Assembly (NCBI GenBank): GCA_045541395.1
Contig: JAZQIZ010000027.1
Span: forward strand, 14,006-78,005
Direction: 5' to 3'
Length of the DNA stretch: 64,000 nucleotides
Origin: Eubacteriales bacterium
Lineage (GTDB): Bacteria; Bacillota; Clostridia; Oscillospirales; UMGS1783
Shown: positions 54,735-64,000 of the stretch, in pieces
How positions within the stretch are numbered: the first letter of the stretch is position 1
Layout: every line of letters starts with the position of its first letter
Made by a program: the position numbers and the translations under genes
The notes under the pieces: generated by a model
The model's database searches: none
The model's input: only the letters and a program-made list of their open reading frames with translations
What the model was told of the DNA's origin: nothing

Positions 54735-55540
54735 CCTATAAGCCCCTCCTTTGTTTCTTCATCCATATTTCTCATTAAGAACAGAGAAATAAATACGATT
54801 ATCATCATTACTAAGGAGATGGCCGAGCCAACGCCGGGGTTGTAGGTGTTGCCCAAAAACTGCATTTCGATATAGTCACCGATAAGCATAAACATACCGC
54901 CGCCCAGCATTTTAGAAATAATGAAGGTACTTACGGCAGGAACAAACACCATTATTATGCCGCTCATTACACCGGGCATACTTAAAGGCAGTATAACCTT
55001 TCTGAATACGTACATTGGCGGAGCGCCAAGGTCCTCTGCGGCCTGGATAACGTTTCTTTCCATTTTGGATAAAATAGAGTAGATAGGCAGTATCATAAAG
55101 GGCAGGTAATTATATACCATACCTATAAGCACCGCAAAAGGAGTATTTATTATATTCATTGGCGGAAGGCCAATGGCGGTTATCAGCTGATTTAAAATAC
55201 CGTTGGTGTCAATAAGGGTTATAAGGGAATATGTGCGAAGCAGAAAGTTCATCCACATAGGAAGAACCACCAGCATCATAATTATAGACTGACGGCTTCT
55301 TTTTATTCTTGATAAAGCAAGAGCGGCAGGATACCCTAACAGCAGGCAGATCACAGACGCCAGAATTGAAAGCCAGAAGGAGCGTAAGAATATTGTAACA
55401 AGCTCCTCCATTGCGCTGAAATTGCCAAACGTAAAGTTACCGTTTGTATCGGTAAAGGCAAAAATAATAACCAGCACAAGGGGTACTACAATAAACAGCA
55501 CCATCCATACAAGGTAGGGGGCGGCAGTTATTTTTTTCAT
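54731..55540 (-). CDS. potB: spermidine/putrescine ABC transporter permease
   Basis: 269 aa with an EAA-type loop (QAAEDLGA). 4-nt overlaps on both sides. Confidence 0.85.
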   Translation of the reverse strand: MKKITAAPYLVWMVLFIVVPLVLVIIFAFTDTNGNFTFGNFSAMEELVTIFLRSFWLSILASVICLLLGYPAALALSRIKRSRQSIIMMLVVLPMWMNFLLRTYSLITLIDTNGILNQLITAIGLPPMNIINTPFAVLIGMVYNYLPFMILPIYSILSKMERNVIQAAEDLGAPPMYVFRKVILPLSMPGVMSGIIMVFVPAVSTFIISKMLGGGMFMLIGDYIEMQFLGNTYNPGVGSAISLVMMIIVFISLFLMRNMDEETKEGLIG

Positions 55541-56613
55541 TCTTCATACGCCTCCGCTACAGGCAGGTCTTCAACCATTTTATGCATAACGTGAATACCG
55601 TCGGGCTCTATCTTCAAGCCGACCTGTGTACCGTGAACAGCCTCTTTTGTGGAGCGGATCTGCCATTTATAGCCGCCGCTGTCCACAATAATTACGTAAT
55701 GCATACCCATAAAGGTAACAGCTTCAACAACGCCTATTATCATACCATCAGCCGGGGAAGTAATTTCTATATCCTCAGGGCGAATAACTACATCCACAGT
55801 TTCATTAACTTCAAAGCCTTTATCTACACATTCGAACTTCTTACCGGAGAATTCAACGCATTTATCCTCCAGCATATGGCCGTCAATAATATTGCTTTCA
55901 CCTATAAAATGAGCTACAAAGGCATTCTGAGGCTCATTATAAATATCCATAGGACTGCCTATCTGCTGAATAACGCCGCGGTTCATTACCACTACCGTAT
56001 CAGACATAGTAAGAGCTTCTTCCTGATCATGGGTTACGTAAATAAATGTAATACCTGTTTGCTTCTGAATCCTCTTAAGTTCGATCTGCAGTTCCTTACG
56101 AAGTTTTAAGTCAAGAGCGCCCAAGGGTTCATCAAGCAAAAGCACCTTAGGGGAATTAACTAAAGCTCTTGCAATGGCAACGCGCTGCTGCTGGCCGCCT
56201 GAAAGGGTATCCACTTCCCTTTTTTCAAAGCCTTCAAGGCCAACCATTCTGAGCATATCGGAAGCCAAAGCATTCATTTGATCCTTAGGCATCTTTTTAA
56301 GGCGCAGGCCGAAGCATACGTTTTCAATAACGTTCAAATGGGGAAACAGAGAATACTTCTGAAATACAGTATTAACGTTACGTTTATAGGGAGGAAGCTC
56401 GGTTATATCCTCGCCCTCAAAAAACACACTGCCCTTATCGGGAGCCGCAAAACCGCCTATAATTCTTAAGGTGGTTGTTTTGCCGCAGCCGGAAGGACCG
56501 AGCAATGTTACAAATTCCTTATCTTTAATGGTAAGGTTAAGATTATTAAGTATTATTTCGTCATCAAAGGAAATGCTTATATCCTCCAGACGAATAATAT
56601 CACCGTTTGGCAT
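55537..56613 (-). CDS. potA: spermidine/putrescine ABC transporter ATP-binding protein
   Basis: 358 aa with Walker [10 protein letters not shown], signature [10 protein letters not shown], Walker B LLLDEP and a TOBE-like C-terminus. Confidence 0.9.
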   Translation of the reverse strand: MPNGDIIRLEDISISFDDEIILNNLNLTIKDKEFVTLLGPSGCGKTTTLRIIGGFAAPDKGSVFFEGEDITELPPYKRNVNTVFQKYSLFPHLNVIENVCFGLRLKKMPKDQMNALASDMLRMVGLEGFEKREVDTLSGGQQQRVAIARALVNSPKVLLLDEPLGALDLKLRKELQIELKRIQKQTGITFIYVTHDQEEALTMSDTVVVMNRGVIQQIGSPMDIYNEPQNAFVAHFIGESNIIDGHMLEDKCVEFSGKKFECVDKGFEVNETVDVVIRPEDIEITSPADGMIIGVVEAVTFMGMHYVIIVDSGGYKWQIRSTKEAVHGTQVGLKIEPDGIHVMHKMVEDLPVAEAYEE

Positions 56614-56701
56614 ATTCTTTACCCCCTCAAAAAAAATTGCCTGAGAACCAACACACCTTTTTTAAAAACTGTACCGGCACCCAGACAAATGTTACACATA
56701 A

Positions 56702-56730
56702 AATATAAGAAAAAAAATGCGATTTGTCAA
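56702..56730 (-). promoter_or_regulatory. sigma-A promoter of potABCD (TTGACA-17-TATATT)
   Basis: TTGACA at 56730-56725 and TATATT at 56707-56702. The leader is about 88 nt. Confidence 0.6.
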
Positions 56731-56817
56731 TAAATTTCGCAAAATTTCCGCAAAAGTCTTTAAAATTTTTATAATTTCCCGTTAAATTTGCGTTTTATTT
56801 TAAAATCCTCGGTTTTT

Positions 56818-57747
56818 TTACAGCATATCTTTAAAATAAACCGATTTGGCCTCAAAGACTTTTCCGGCTAAATTTTCAACGGCATTCCCCGAAATATCCT
56901 TTGCAAATTCTATTTTATACGAATACAATGCCTGATATTCAAAGGGGCATTCTTTGTTTTTCTGCCTGTTGCCGTATTTATTATCTCCTACAAGAGGAAG
57001 GCCTGTTGCGGCCAGCTGAGCCCTTATCTGATGAGGGCGGCCGGTAAACAGTTCAATTTCAAGCAGCGAGGTTTTTCCGTTTGTTTTCAAAAGACGGTAG
57101 CCTGTTTTTACAGCGCGGGAGTTTTTTGAAGGGTTGCTTTCCAGGAATACTTTATTGATATTATTGTCCTTTGTTAAATTGGATTCCAAAACCGCCTTTT
57201 CCTTCTGCGGCTTCCCCCAAACAAGGCACAAATAATATTTATTTACCATGCCCTTTCGGATATTTTCGTTCATTTCCCTTAATGCAGCGGCGTTCTTTGC
57301 TCCTATAAGCAGGCCCGCCGTATTTCTGTCAAGACGGTTACACAGCGCCGGAGCAAAAGAAAGCTCTGTTTCGGGAGAGTATTGGCCTGTATTTATAAGA
57401 TAGGCGGTCATTCTCCTGACAAGAGAATCCTCCTCTCCTTCTCCGTGGCATAAAAGCCCCTGAGGCTTATCCATAATAATTATATTTTCGTTTTCAAAAA
57501 CAATATTGATATCGCTGTTTTGCCCAACGGACCTTTCTTCTTTTTCCAAAAGCTCATCATTTATATAAAGCTCCAGCTTATCGCCTAAAGAAAGCAGGGT
57601 GTTCCCCTCACATCTTTTGCCGTTGAGCTTTATTCTTTTTTTGCGAAGATACTTATACATTAAGGAGACGGGCATATTAAAGCTTTTTTGCAAAAACTTA
57701 TCAAGCCTTTGTCCTGCTTCGTTATTACCTACTGTTATGCTCTTCAT
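56818..57747 (-). CDS. RluA-family 23S rRNA/tRNA pseudouridine synthase with N-terminal S4 domain
   Basis: 309 aa. Contains NRLDRNTAGLL (catalytic Asp) and GRPHQIR. Confidence 0.88.
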   Translation of the reverse strand: MKSITVGNNEAGQRLDKFLQKSFNMPVSLMYKYLRKKRIKLNGKRCEGNTLLSLGDKLELYINDELLEKEERSVGQNSDINIVFENENIIIMDKPQGLLCHGEGEEDSLVRRMTAYLINTGQYSPETELSFAPALCNRLDRNTAGLLIGAKNAAALREMNENIRKGMVNKYYLCLVWGKPQKEKAVLESNLTKDNNINKVFLESNPSKNSRAVKTGYRLLKTNGKTSLLEIELFTGRPHQIRAQLAATGLPLVGDNKYGNRQKNKECPFEYQALYSYKIEFAKDISGNAVENLAGKVFEAKSVYFKDML

Positions 57748-57812
57748 TTTTTCGCCTCCTTTTGTATTTATATTTTATAATAAATTATTAACAAAGTAAA
57801 TAGCATTTTTGT

Positions 57813-57841
57813 TTGACAATATATTTAGCCTGTGTTATAAT
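57813..57841 (+). promoter_or_regulatory. consensus sigma-A promoter of the pyr operon (TTGACA-17-TATAAT)
   Basis: TTGACA at 57813-57818 and TATAAT at 57836-57841. Confidence 0.75.
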
Positions 57842-57865
57842 TTTAAAGAAGAGATCTTTAAGCTC

Positions 57866-57965
57866 GATGCGGGACATCGGCAAGGTTGACTATACAGGCG
57901 GCGGGAAAAATGCGCCGTAATTTTCTGTGTATAATTATGTCTTGCCGTAGCTGCAAGACTTTTTT
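57866..57965 (+). promoter_or_regulatory. pyr leader attenuator: two upstream hairpins, antiterminator option, intrinsic terminator
   Basis: The terminator is GTCTTGC-CGTAGCT-GCAAGAC plus TTTTTT (57939-57965). CGGCAAG (57878-57884) can pair with CTTGCCG (57941-57947). Upstream hairpins are GATG-CGGGA-CATC and CGGCG-N9-CGCCG. Confidence 0.6.
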
Positions 57966-57987
57966 GTTTATTTAAAGGAAATTGCCT

Positions 57988-59193
57988 ATGATACTTGAAT
58001 TTATTAACTGTATTAAATACGAAAACGGGGTTTTCAAGGCATTTGAGGGCTCTTTGGAAATTGAAGGCCATGGCAAGAAGGTTTTTGAAAATTGCGCGGT
58101 GATGCCTTCCTTTTGTGACGTGCACGTTCATTTCAGGCAGCCCGGCTTTGAATATAAGGAGACCATTGCCTCCGGCTCAAGAGCTGCAGCAAGAGGCGGT
58201 TATACGGACGTTTGCACCATGCCCAATTTAAACCCTGCCCCTCACAGCCTTGACAATTTAAAAATCCAGCTTGAAGCCATAGAGAAAGATTCGGTTATTA
58301 AAATACACCCCTTCGGCACCATAACCGAAAACCAAAAGGGGCTTACCCTTTCACAAATGGAGGCTATGGCACCTTACGTTTGCGGATTTTCCGATGACGG
58401 TAAAGGTGTGCAGAATTCTGAGATGATGGAGAAGGCTTTAATAAAAGCTAAGAGCCTTAATAAAATCATATCCGCCCACTGCGAAGACGAAAGCCTGCTT
58501 TTTGGCGGGGTTATACATAAAGGCGAATTTGCAAAAGAAAACAATTTGCCCGGAATTTGTTCCGAAAGCGAATGGGGCCCTGTAAAAAGGGATATTGAAA
58601 TTATCAATAAAACAGGCTGTCCTTATCACGTATGCCATATTTCAGCAAAGGAAACGGTTGAAATAATAAGAGAAGCCAAAAGAAACGGCACAAATATTAC
58701 CTGCGAAACCGGCCCCCACTATCTTGTTTTGGAGGATACTCTTCTTAATGACGAAGGCAGATTTAAAATGAACCCTCCAATAAGGGCAAGAGAGGACCGT
58801 ATGGCCTTAATAGAAGGAATAAAGGACGGCACGGTGGATATGATTGCAACCGACCATGCGCCTCACTCTTTGGAGGAAAAAAGCAAAGGGCTTTTAAAGA
58901 GCGCCATGGGCATTGTTGGCCTGGAGACCGCCTTCCCGATATTATACACAAAGCTTTGTAAGGAAAATATTATTTCTCTTGAAAAGCTTGTTGAGCTTAT
59001 GAGTATTAACCCCAGAAAGAGATTTAACATTAAAGATAGCGGTGATATTACCGTATGGGATCTGAACTGTAGATACAGTATTGACCCCAATGAATTCCTT
59101 TCCAAAGGCAAGGCGACTCCCTTTGAAGGTGATGAAGTTTACGGAAAATGCATGCTTACCATATGCAACGGCAAAGCGGCATATATAGATTAA
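57988..59193 (+). CDS. pyrC: dihydroorotase
   Basis: Start trimmed to ATG 57988 (MILEFINC). Contains HVHFRQPG and ATDHAPH. Confidence 0.92.
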   Translation: MILEFINCIKYENGVFKAFEGSLEIEGHGKKVFENCAVMPSFCDVHVHFRQPGFEYKETIASGSRAAARGGYTDVCTMPNLNPAPHSLDNLKIQLEAIEKDSVIKIHPFGTITENQKGLTLSQMEAMAPYVCGFSDDGKGVQNSEMMEKALIKAKSLNKIISAHCEDESLLFGGVIHKGEFAKENNLPGICSESEWGPVKRDIEIINKTGCPYHVCHISAKETVEIIREAKRNGTNITCETGPHYLVLEDTLLNDEGRFKMNPPIRAREDRMALIEGIKDGTVDMIATDHAPHSLEEKSKGLLKSAMGIVGLETAFPILYTKLCKENIISLEKLVELMSINPRKRFNIKDSGDITVWDLNCRYSIDPNEFLSKGKATPFEGDEVYGKCMLTICNGKAAYID

Positions 59194-59207
59194 CGGAGGA
59201 TAAGAAA

Positions 59208-62200
59208 ATGGCAAAGAGAACAGACATTAAAAAGATTCTTATTATTGGTTCCGGTCCTATTGTTATAGGACAGGCGGCTGAATTTGACTATGCGGGCACT
59301 CAGGCCTGCTTAGCTCTTAAGGAAGAGGGCTACGAGGTTGTGCTTTGCAACTCCAACCCTGCCACTATTATGACCGACACTACCATTGCCGATAAGGTTT
59401 ATATGGAGCCCCTTACCCTTGAATACATTGCCAAGGTAATCCGCTATGAAAGACCCGACGCTATTGTTCCCGGCATTGGCGGGCAGACAGGCCTTAACCT
59501 TGCAATGCAGCTTGAAAAGAAGGGCATTTTAAAGGAATGCGGCGTTGAGCTTTTAGGCACCTGCTCTGAAAGTATTGAAAGAGCGGAAGACCGCGAGCTG
59601 TTTAAGGAGCTTTGCCAGAACATAGGCGAGCCCACCATTCCCTCTGAGATCACTTATAACTTAGAAGAAGCAAAAGAAGCCGCAAAAAGAATAGGCTACC
59701 CTGTAGTACTGCGTCCTGCATTTACCTTAGGCGGTACCGGCGGCGGCTTTGCCTATAACGAAGAGGAGCTTATTGAGGTTGGCGTAAATGCATTTAAGCT
59801 TTCCCCTGTTTCTCAGGTACTTATTGAAAAGAGCGTTAAGGGCTACAAGGAAATTGAATTTGAGGTTATGAGAGACAGCTCAGACCACGCCATTACCATT
59901 TGCGGTATGGAGAATATTGACCCTGTTGGCGTTCATACAGGTGACTCTTTGGTTGTAGCGCCTATTATGACTTTGAACGATCATGACCTGAAAATGCTTA
60001 ATGACAGCGCTATAAAGATCATTCGCGAGCTTAAAATTGAAGGCGGCTGTAACGTACAGTTTGCTTTAAACCCCTACTCTTCCGAATATTATCTTATTGA
60101 AGTTAACCCCAGAGTTTCCCGTTCTTCTGCTTTGGCTTCTAAGGCAAGCGGATATCCTATTGCAAGAGTTACTGCAAAAATTGCGGTTGGTATGAATCTT
60201 GAGGACATTGCTATTGCAAACACAACTGCATCTTTTGAGCCCAGGCTTGATTACGTTGTTGCAAAGCTGCCCCGCTTCCCCTTTGATAAATTTGCTTCTG
60301 CCCCCAACGTTCTTGGCACACAGATGAAGGCTACCGGCGAGGTTATGGGTATTGGCTCCAACCTTGAAGAATGCTTATTGAAATCTGTTCGTTCTTTGGA
60401 AATCGGTGCTTGTCATTTCCATCTGCCTAAGTTTGACGGCATGAATGACGTTGAGCTTAAAGATTATCTTAAAGAATTTAAAGATGACAATATTTTTGCG
60501 GTGACCGAGCTTATACGCCGCGGTGTTACGGTTAAAGAGCTTCATGAAATAACCAAGATCACCCCGTTTTTCTTAGAAGCAATTGAGAATATTGTTAATA
60601 TGGAAAATGCACTTAAGGAAAACAAGGGCAACGTTGAAATTCTTAAGGCCGCCAAGAAAATGGGATTTGGCGATAAATACATAGCCAAGCTTTGGGATGC
60701 TTCTGAACTGAATATTTTTGATATAAGAAAAGAAAACGGAATTATACCCGTATTCAAGATGGTTGATACCTGCCATACAGGAGCATATATTCCCTATTTC
60801 TATTCCTCCTATTCGGGAGAAAACGCTTCTAAGCTTACAGACAAGAAGAAGATAGTTGTTTTGGGCGCAGGCCCTATAAGAATAGGCCAGGGTGTTGAGT
60901 TTGACTATTCTACGGTTCACGCGGTATCTACTATCAAGCGCTCCGGTTACGAGGCAATTATAATTAACAATAACCCGGAAACCGTTTCTACCGACTATAC
61001 TACTGCCGATAAATTATATTTTGAGCCTCTTACTCCCGAGGACGTTATGAATATAATTGAATTTGAAAAGCCTGAAGGTGTTATAGCAACCTTAGGCGGT
61101 CAGACTGCCATTAACCTTGCAGAGCCCTTAATGGCCAGAGGCGCAAAGCTTATTGGCACAGACTGTGACGCTATTGAAAGAGCAGAAAACCGCGACAGCT
61201 TTGAAAAGATACTTGAAGAGCTTAATATACCCCAGCCTAAGGGTAAGGCAGTAACCAGGATCGAAGACGGTATTAAGGCTGCTGCAGAAATAGGCTATCC
61301 TGTACTTGTACGCCCCAGCTTTGTTTTAGGCGGCAGAGCAATGCAGATAGTTGCAAACGAAGATCAGCTTCGCCATTACCTTAAAACCGCAGTTGAAATT
61401 GATGAGGACAAGCCTGTACTTGTTGATAAATACATTCAGGGCAAGGAAACAGAGGTTGACGCTATCTGCGACGGAATAGACGTATTTGTTCCCGGTATTA
61501 TGGAGCTTGTAGAAAGAACCGGTGTTCACTCCGGTGACTCCATAAGCGTTTACCCCTCATTCAGCATTTCCGATAAGGTTAAGGGCACAATCTTACAGTA
61601 CGCCAAAAAGCTTGGCTTAGGCCTTGGTATAGTTGGCCTGTACAATATTCAGTTTATAGTTGATAAGGACGAGAACGTTTACATTATTGAGGTTAATCCA
61701 CGTTCCTCCAGAACCGTTCCCTTCCTTTCCAAGGCTACCGGCTACAGCCTTGCTGATATTGCTACAGAGGTTATTATGGGCAAGACCTTAAAGGAACAGG
61801 GCATTTTCGGTATTTACCCCGATGAAAAGAAGCGCTGGTACGTTAAGGTGCCTGTATTCTCCTTTAATAAAATAAGAGGGCTTGACGCATATCTTTCTCC
61901 TGAAATGAAGTCTACCGGTGAGGCTATAGGCTATGACGATAAGCTTAACCGCGCCCTTTATAAGGCATTGCAGGCTTCGGGTATGAACCTTAAAAATTAC
62001 GGCACTGTGTTTGCAACCATTGCAGATAAAGATAAAGAAGAGGCCCTGCCGCTTATACGCCGTTTTTATGAGCTTGGCTTTAATATTCAGGCAACCTCCG
62101 GCACAGCCGCATTCTTAAAGCAGAACGGTATACGCACCCACGTGCTTAAAAAGATTTCCGACGGAAGTGATGAGATTATTGACGCTATTCGCCAGGGACA

Positions 62201-62381
62201 TATTACATATATTATAAATACCCGCGATATCGGCGCTCAGGGACAGGCAAGTGACGGCCACGAAATACGCCGCCACGCAACCGAGAATAACGCTAATATG
62301 TTTACCTCTCTTGATACGGTTAAGGTGCTTCTTGACGTACTTGAGGAAACCACCATTTGCATTTCCACAATAGATGCGTGA
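59208..62381 (+). CDS. carB: carbamoyl-phosphate synthase large subunit
   Basis: Start trimmed to ATG 59208 ([33 protein letters not shown]), with SD GGAGG. Duplicated ATP-grasp halves and an MGS-like C-terminus. Confidence 0.97.
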   Translation: MAKRTDIKKILIIGSGPIVIGQAAEFDYAGTQACLALKEEGYEVVLCNSNPATIMTDTTIADKVYMEPLTLEYIAKVIRYERPDAIVPGIGGQTGLNLAMQLEKKGILKECGVELLGTCSESIERAEDRELFKELCQNIGEPTIPSEITYNLEEAKEAAKRIGYPVVLRPAFTLGGTGGGFAYNEEELIEVGVNAFKLSPVSQVLIEKSVKGYKEIEFEVMRDSSDHAITICGMENIDPVGVHTGDSLVVAPIMTLNDHDLKMLNDSAIKIIRELKIEGGCNVQFALNPYSSEYYLIEVNPRVSRSSALASKASGYPIARVTAKIAVGMNLEDIAIANTTASFEPRLDYVVAKLPRFPFDKFASAPNVLGTQMKATGEVMGIGSNLEECLLKSVRSLEIGACHFHLPKFDGMNDVELKDYLKEFKDDNIFAVTELIRRGVTVKELHEITKITPFFLEAIENIVNMENALKENKGNVEILKAAKKMGFGDKYIAKLWDASELNIFDIRKENGIIPVFKMVDTCHTGAYIPYFYSSYSGENASKLTDKKKIVVLGAGPIRIGQGVEFDYSTVHAVSTIKRSGYEAIIINNNPETVSTDYTTADKLYFEPLTPEDVMNIIEFEKPEGVIATLGGQTAINLAEPLMARGAKLIGTDCDAIERAENRDSFEKILEELNIPQPKGKAVTRIEDGIKAAAEIGYPVLVRPSFVLGGRAMQIVANEDQLRHYLKTAVEIDEDKPVLVDKYIQGKETEVDAICDGIDVFVPGIMELVERTGVHSGDSISVYPSFSISDKVKGTILQYAKKLGLGLGIVGLYNIQFIVDKDENVYIIEVNPRSSRTVPFLSKATGYSLADIATEVIMGKTLKEQGIFGIYPDEKKRWYVKVPVFSFNKIRGLDAYLSPEMKSTGEAIGYDDKLNRALYKALQASGMNLKNYGTVFATIADKDKEEALPLIRRFYELGFNIQATSGTAAFLKQNGIRTHVLKKISDGSDEIIDAIRQGHITYIINTRDIGAQGQASDGHEIRRHATENNANMFTSLDTVKVLLDVLEETTICISTIDA

Positions 62382-62388
62382 GGTTAAA

Positions 62389-63120
62389 ATGAAACAGGAA
62401 TTTTTAAAAGTAATATCAAATAAAAACATAGCGCCTTTGATATACGAAATGAAATTAGAAGGTGGCTGCGAGGCGATAACCGCTCCGGGGCAGTTTGTAA
62501 ACCTGAAGATAGACGGCTTTTATTTAAGACGACCCATTTCAGTATGTAACTGTGAAGGAAATATCCTAACTCTTATTTATAAGGTTGTAGGCCTTGGTAC
62601 AGAGGCTATGGCCAATATTAAAGAAAGGCAGATAATTGATACCCTTATAGGCCTTGGCAACGGATTTGACACAAAAAAGAGCGGCCAAAACCCTGTTCTT
62701 ATTGGCGGCGGTGTTGGTATACCCCCTATGTATATGCTTTGCAAAAAGCTTATTGAAGAGGAAAAGGCCGTTACGGTCATACTTGGCTTTAACAAAAAAG
62801 AAGAGATCTTTTACAAAGAAGAGTTTGAAGCTTTAGGGGCTACCGTATACGTTACCACGGTTGACGGTTCTTACGGTATACCCGGCTTTGTTACCGATGC
62901 TTTAAAAGGCCTTGTATACAGCTATTTTTACACCTGCGGACCTATGCCTATGTTTAAAGCTATTGAAAAGGAAGCCAAAACTTCCGGCCAATACAGCTTT
63001 GAAGAAAGAATGGGCTGCGGATTCGGCGCATGTATGGGCTGTAGCTGTAAAACAAAATACGGCAACAAGCGAATTTGCAAAGACGGCCCTGTATTAGAGC
63101 GGGAGGAGATAATATGGTAA
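62389..63120 (+). CDS. pyrK: dihydroorotate dehydrogenase B electron-transfer (FAD/2Fe-2S) subunit
   Basis: Start trimmed to ATG 62389 (MKQEFLKV). C-terminal cluster motif is GCGFGACMGCSC...C. Confidence 0.9.
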   Translation: MKQEFLKVISNKNIAPLIYEMKLEGGCEAITAPGQFVNLKIDGFYLRRPISVCNCEGNILTLIYKVVGLGTEAMANIKERQIIDTLIGLGNGFDTKKSGQNPVLIGGGVGIPPMYMLCKKLIEEEKAVTVILGFNKKEEIFYKEEFEALGATVYVTTVDGSYGIPGFVTDALKGLVYSYFYTCGPMPMFKAIEKEAKTSGQYSFEERMGCGFGACMGCSCKTKYGNKRICKDGPVLEREEIIW

Positions 63121-64000
63121 ACACAAAAATTGATCTTTGCGGTATTACAATAGATAACCCTGTTATTCCCGCCAGCGGCACCTTTGGCTTTGGCTATGAG
63201 TTTGCTGATATTTACGATATTAACACTCTTGGTACATTTTCCTTTAAGGGCACTACCTTAGAGCCAAGATTCGGCAACCCTACTCCGAGAATTGCCGAGT
63301 GCGAAATGGGTATGCTTAATTCCGTTGGGCTTCAGAACCCCGGTGTAGATAAAGTAAAGGCAGAAGAGCTGCCTAAGCTTAAGCAGGTATTCAATAAGCC
63401 TGTTATGGCAAACGTAAGCGGTTTTTCCGTTGAGGAATACGTAAGTACGGTAGAAAAGCTTGAAAATGAAGATCAGATAGGCTGGTTTGAAATTAATATT
63501 TCCTGCCCTAACGTTCACGGCGGCGGCCTTGCCTTTGGCACAAGCGCCGAAAATGCGGCTCTTGTAACAAAGGAAGTAAGAAAGGTTACTAAAAAGCCTG
63601 TATTTATAAAGCTTTCCCCCAACGTTACCGACATTGTTTCCATTGCCAAGGCCTGTGAAGATGCAGGGGCTGACGGCATAAGCCTTATAAATACCCTGCT
63701 TGGAATGAGAATAGACTTAAAAACCCGAAAGCCTGTACTTGCAAATAAAGCCGGAGGCTTCTCCGGGCCTGCAATAAAGCCCGTAGCACTGAGAATGGTT
63801 TATCAGGTATACGATGCAGTTAAAATACCCATTATTGGTATGGGTGGAATACAGAGCGCCGAAGACGTTCTGGAGTTTATGATGGCAGGAGCAAGGGCTG
63901 TGCAGGTTGGCGCTGCAAATCTTGTTGATCCTTTTGCCTGCAAGGATATTATTGATAACCTGCCAAAGGCTATGGAAAAATATAATATTAAAGATTTAAA
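63114..64000 (+). CDS. pyrD: dihydroorotate dehydrogenase B catalytic subunit, 3' end cut by window edge
   Basis: Absent from the ORF track because it has no stop in the window. Hand translation gives MVNTKIDLCGITIDNPVIPASGTFGFG...NSVGLQNPG...EINISCPNV. ATGGTAA overlap with the pyrK stop. Confidence 0.9.
   Translation, partial: MVNTKIDLCGITIDNPVIPASGTFGFGYEFADIYDINTLGTFSFKGTTLEPRFGNPTPRIAECEMGMLNSVGLQNPGVDKVKAEELPKLKQVFNKPVMANVSGFSVEEYVSTVEKLENEDQIGWFEINISCPNVHGGGLAFGTSAENAALVTKEVRKVTKKPVFIKLSPNVTDIVSIAKACEDAGADGISLINTLLGMRIDLKTRKPVLANKAGGFSGPAIKPVALRMVYQVYDAVKIPIIGMGGIQSAEDVLEFMMAGARAVQVGAANLVDPFACKDIIDNLPKAMEKYNIKDL

Noticed and set aside
57848-57900. Canonical PyrR binding loop in the pyr leader
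   Set aside because: The conserved UCCAGAGAGG core is absent; only the flanking CTTTAA/GGCAAGG-like bases are present. I kept this as an open question rather than a call.
57835-58131. 98-aa minus-strand ORF spanning the pyr promoter, leader and the start of pyrC
   Set aside because: It overlaps a consensus promoter, an intrinsic terminator and the 5' end of pyrC. It has no SD and its composition is implausible.

Overview
This is a gene-dense chromosomal segment, mostly minus-strand, from an AT-leaning, endospore-forming Firmicute of the class Clostridia. The cohesin/dockerin content hints at a Ruminococcus/Oscillospiraceae-like organism, but that is inference only. All calls come from reading the supplied ORF translations and the DNA by eye; no searches were run.

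Conserved blocks:
- rimP-nusA-ylxR-ylxQ-infB-rbfA-nrnA-truB-ribF-rpsO-pnp plus an M16 peptidase and a DD-carboxypeptidase (6.9-19.8 kb)
- an M23/M50 peptidase pair, two radical-SAM genes, radA, cwlD, holA and comEC (24.8-33.9 kb)
- rpmH-rnpA-yidD-yidC-jag (38.3-40.9 kb)
- potABCD (52.9-56.6 kb)
- pyrC-carB-pyrK-pyrD (58-64 kb)
- three tRNAs and several sporulation genes (spoIID, cwlD, an alpha/beta SASP)
- two edge-truncated genes absent from the ORF track, translated by hand (1-1697 minus; 63114-64000 plus)

Most interesting accessory content:
1. A translationally coupled operon of a PflX-like radical-SAM enzyme, a SPASM radical-SAM enzyme and a hydantoinase-like ATPase (1-3414). It lies directly downstream of three tandem orphan lipoprotein binding-protein paralogs with a shared N-lobe and different C-lobes (3468-6691). 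A perfect 11-bp x3.5 tandem repeat sits upstream of their promoter.
2. A two-gene cohesin/dockerin module (44842-49213). It encodes a 1228-aa dockerin-bearing CE2/SGNH esterase with a recently duplicated N-terminal module, plus a single-cohesin protein with a sortase-like NIFTG sorting signal. A divergent LacI-family regulator and a palindromic operator next to a 14-bp perfect inverted repeat accompany it.
3. Several structured leaders: pnp, rpsO, rimP-nusA, radA/M23 and pyr.

I saw no CRISPR array, transposase, integrase, prophage or recognisable defence genes.
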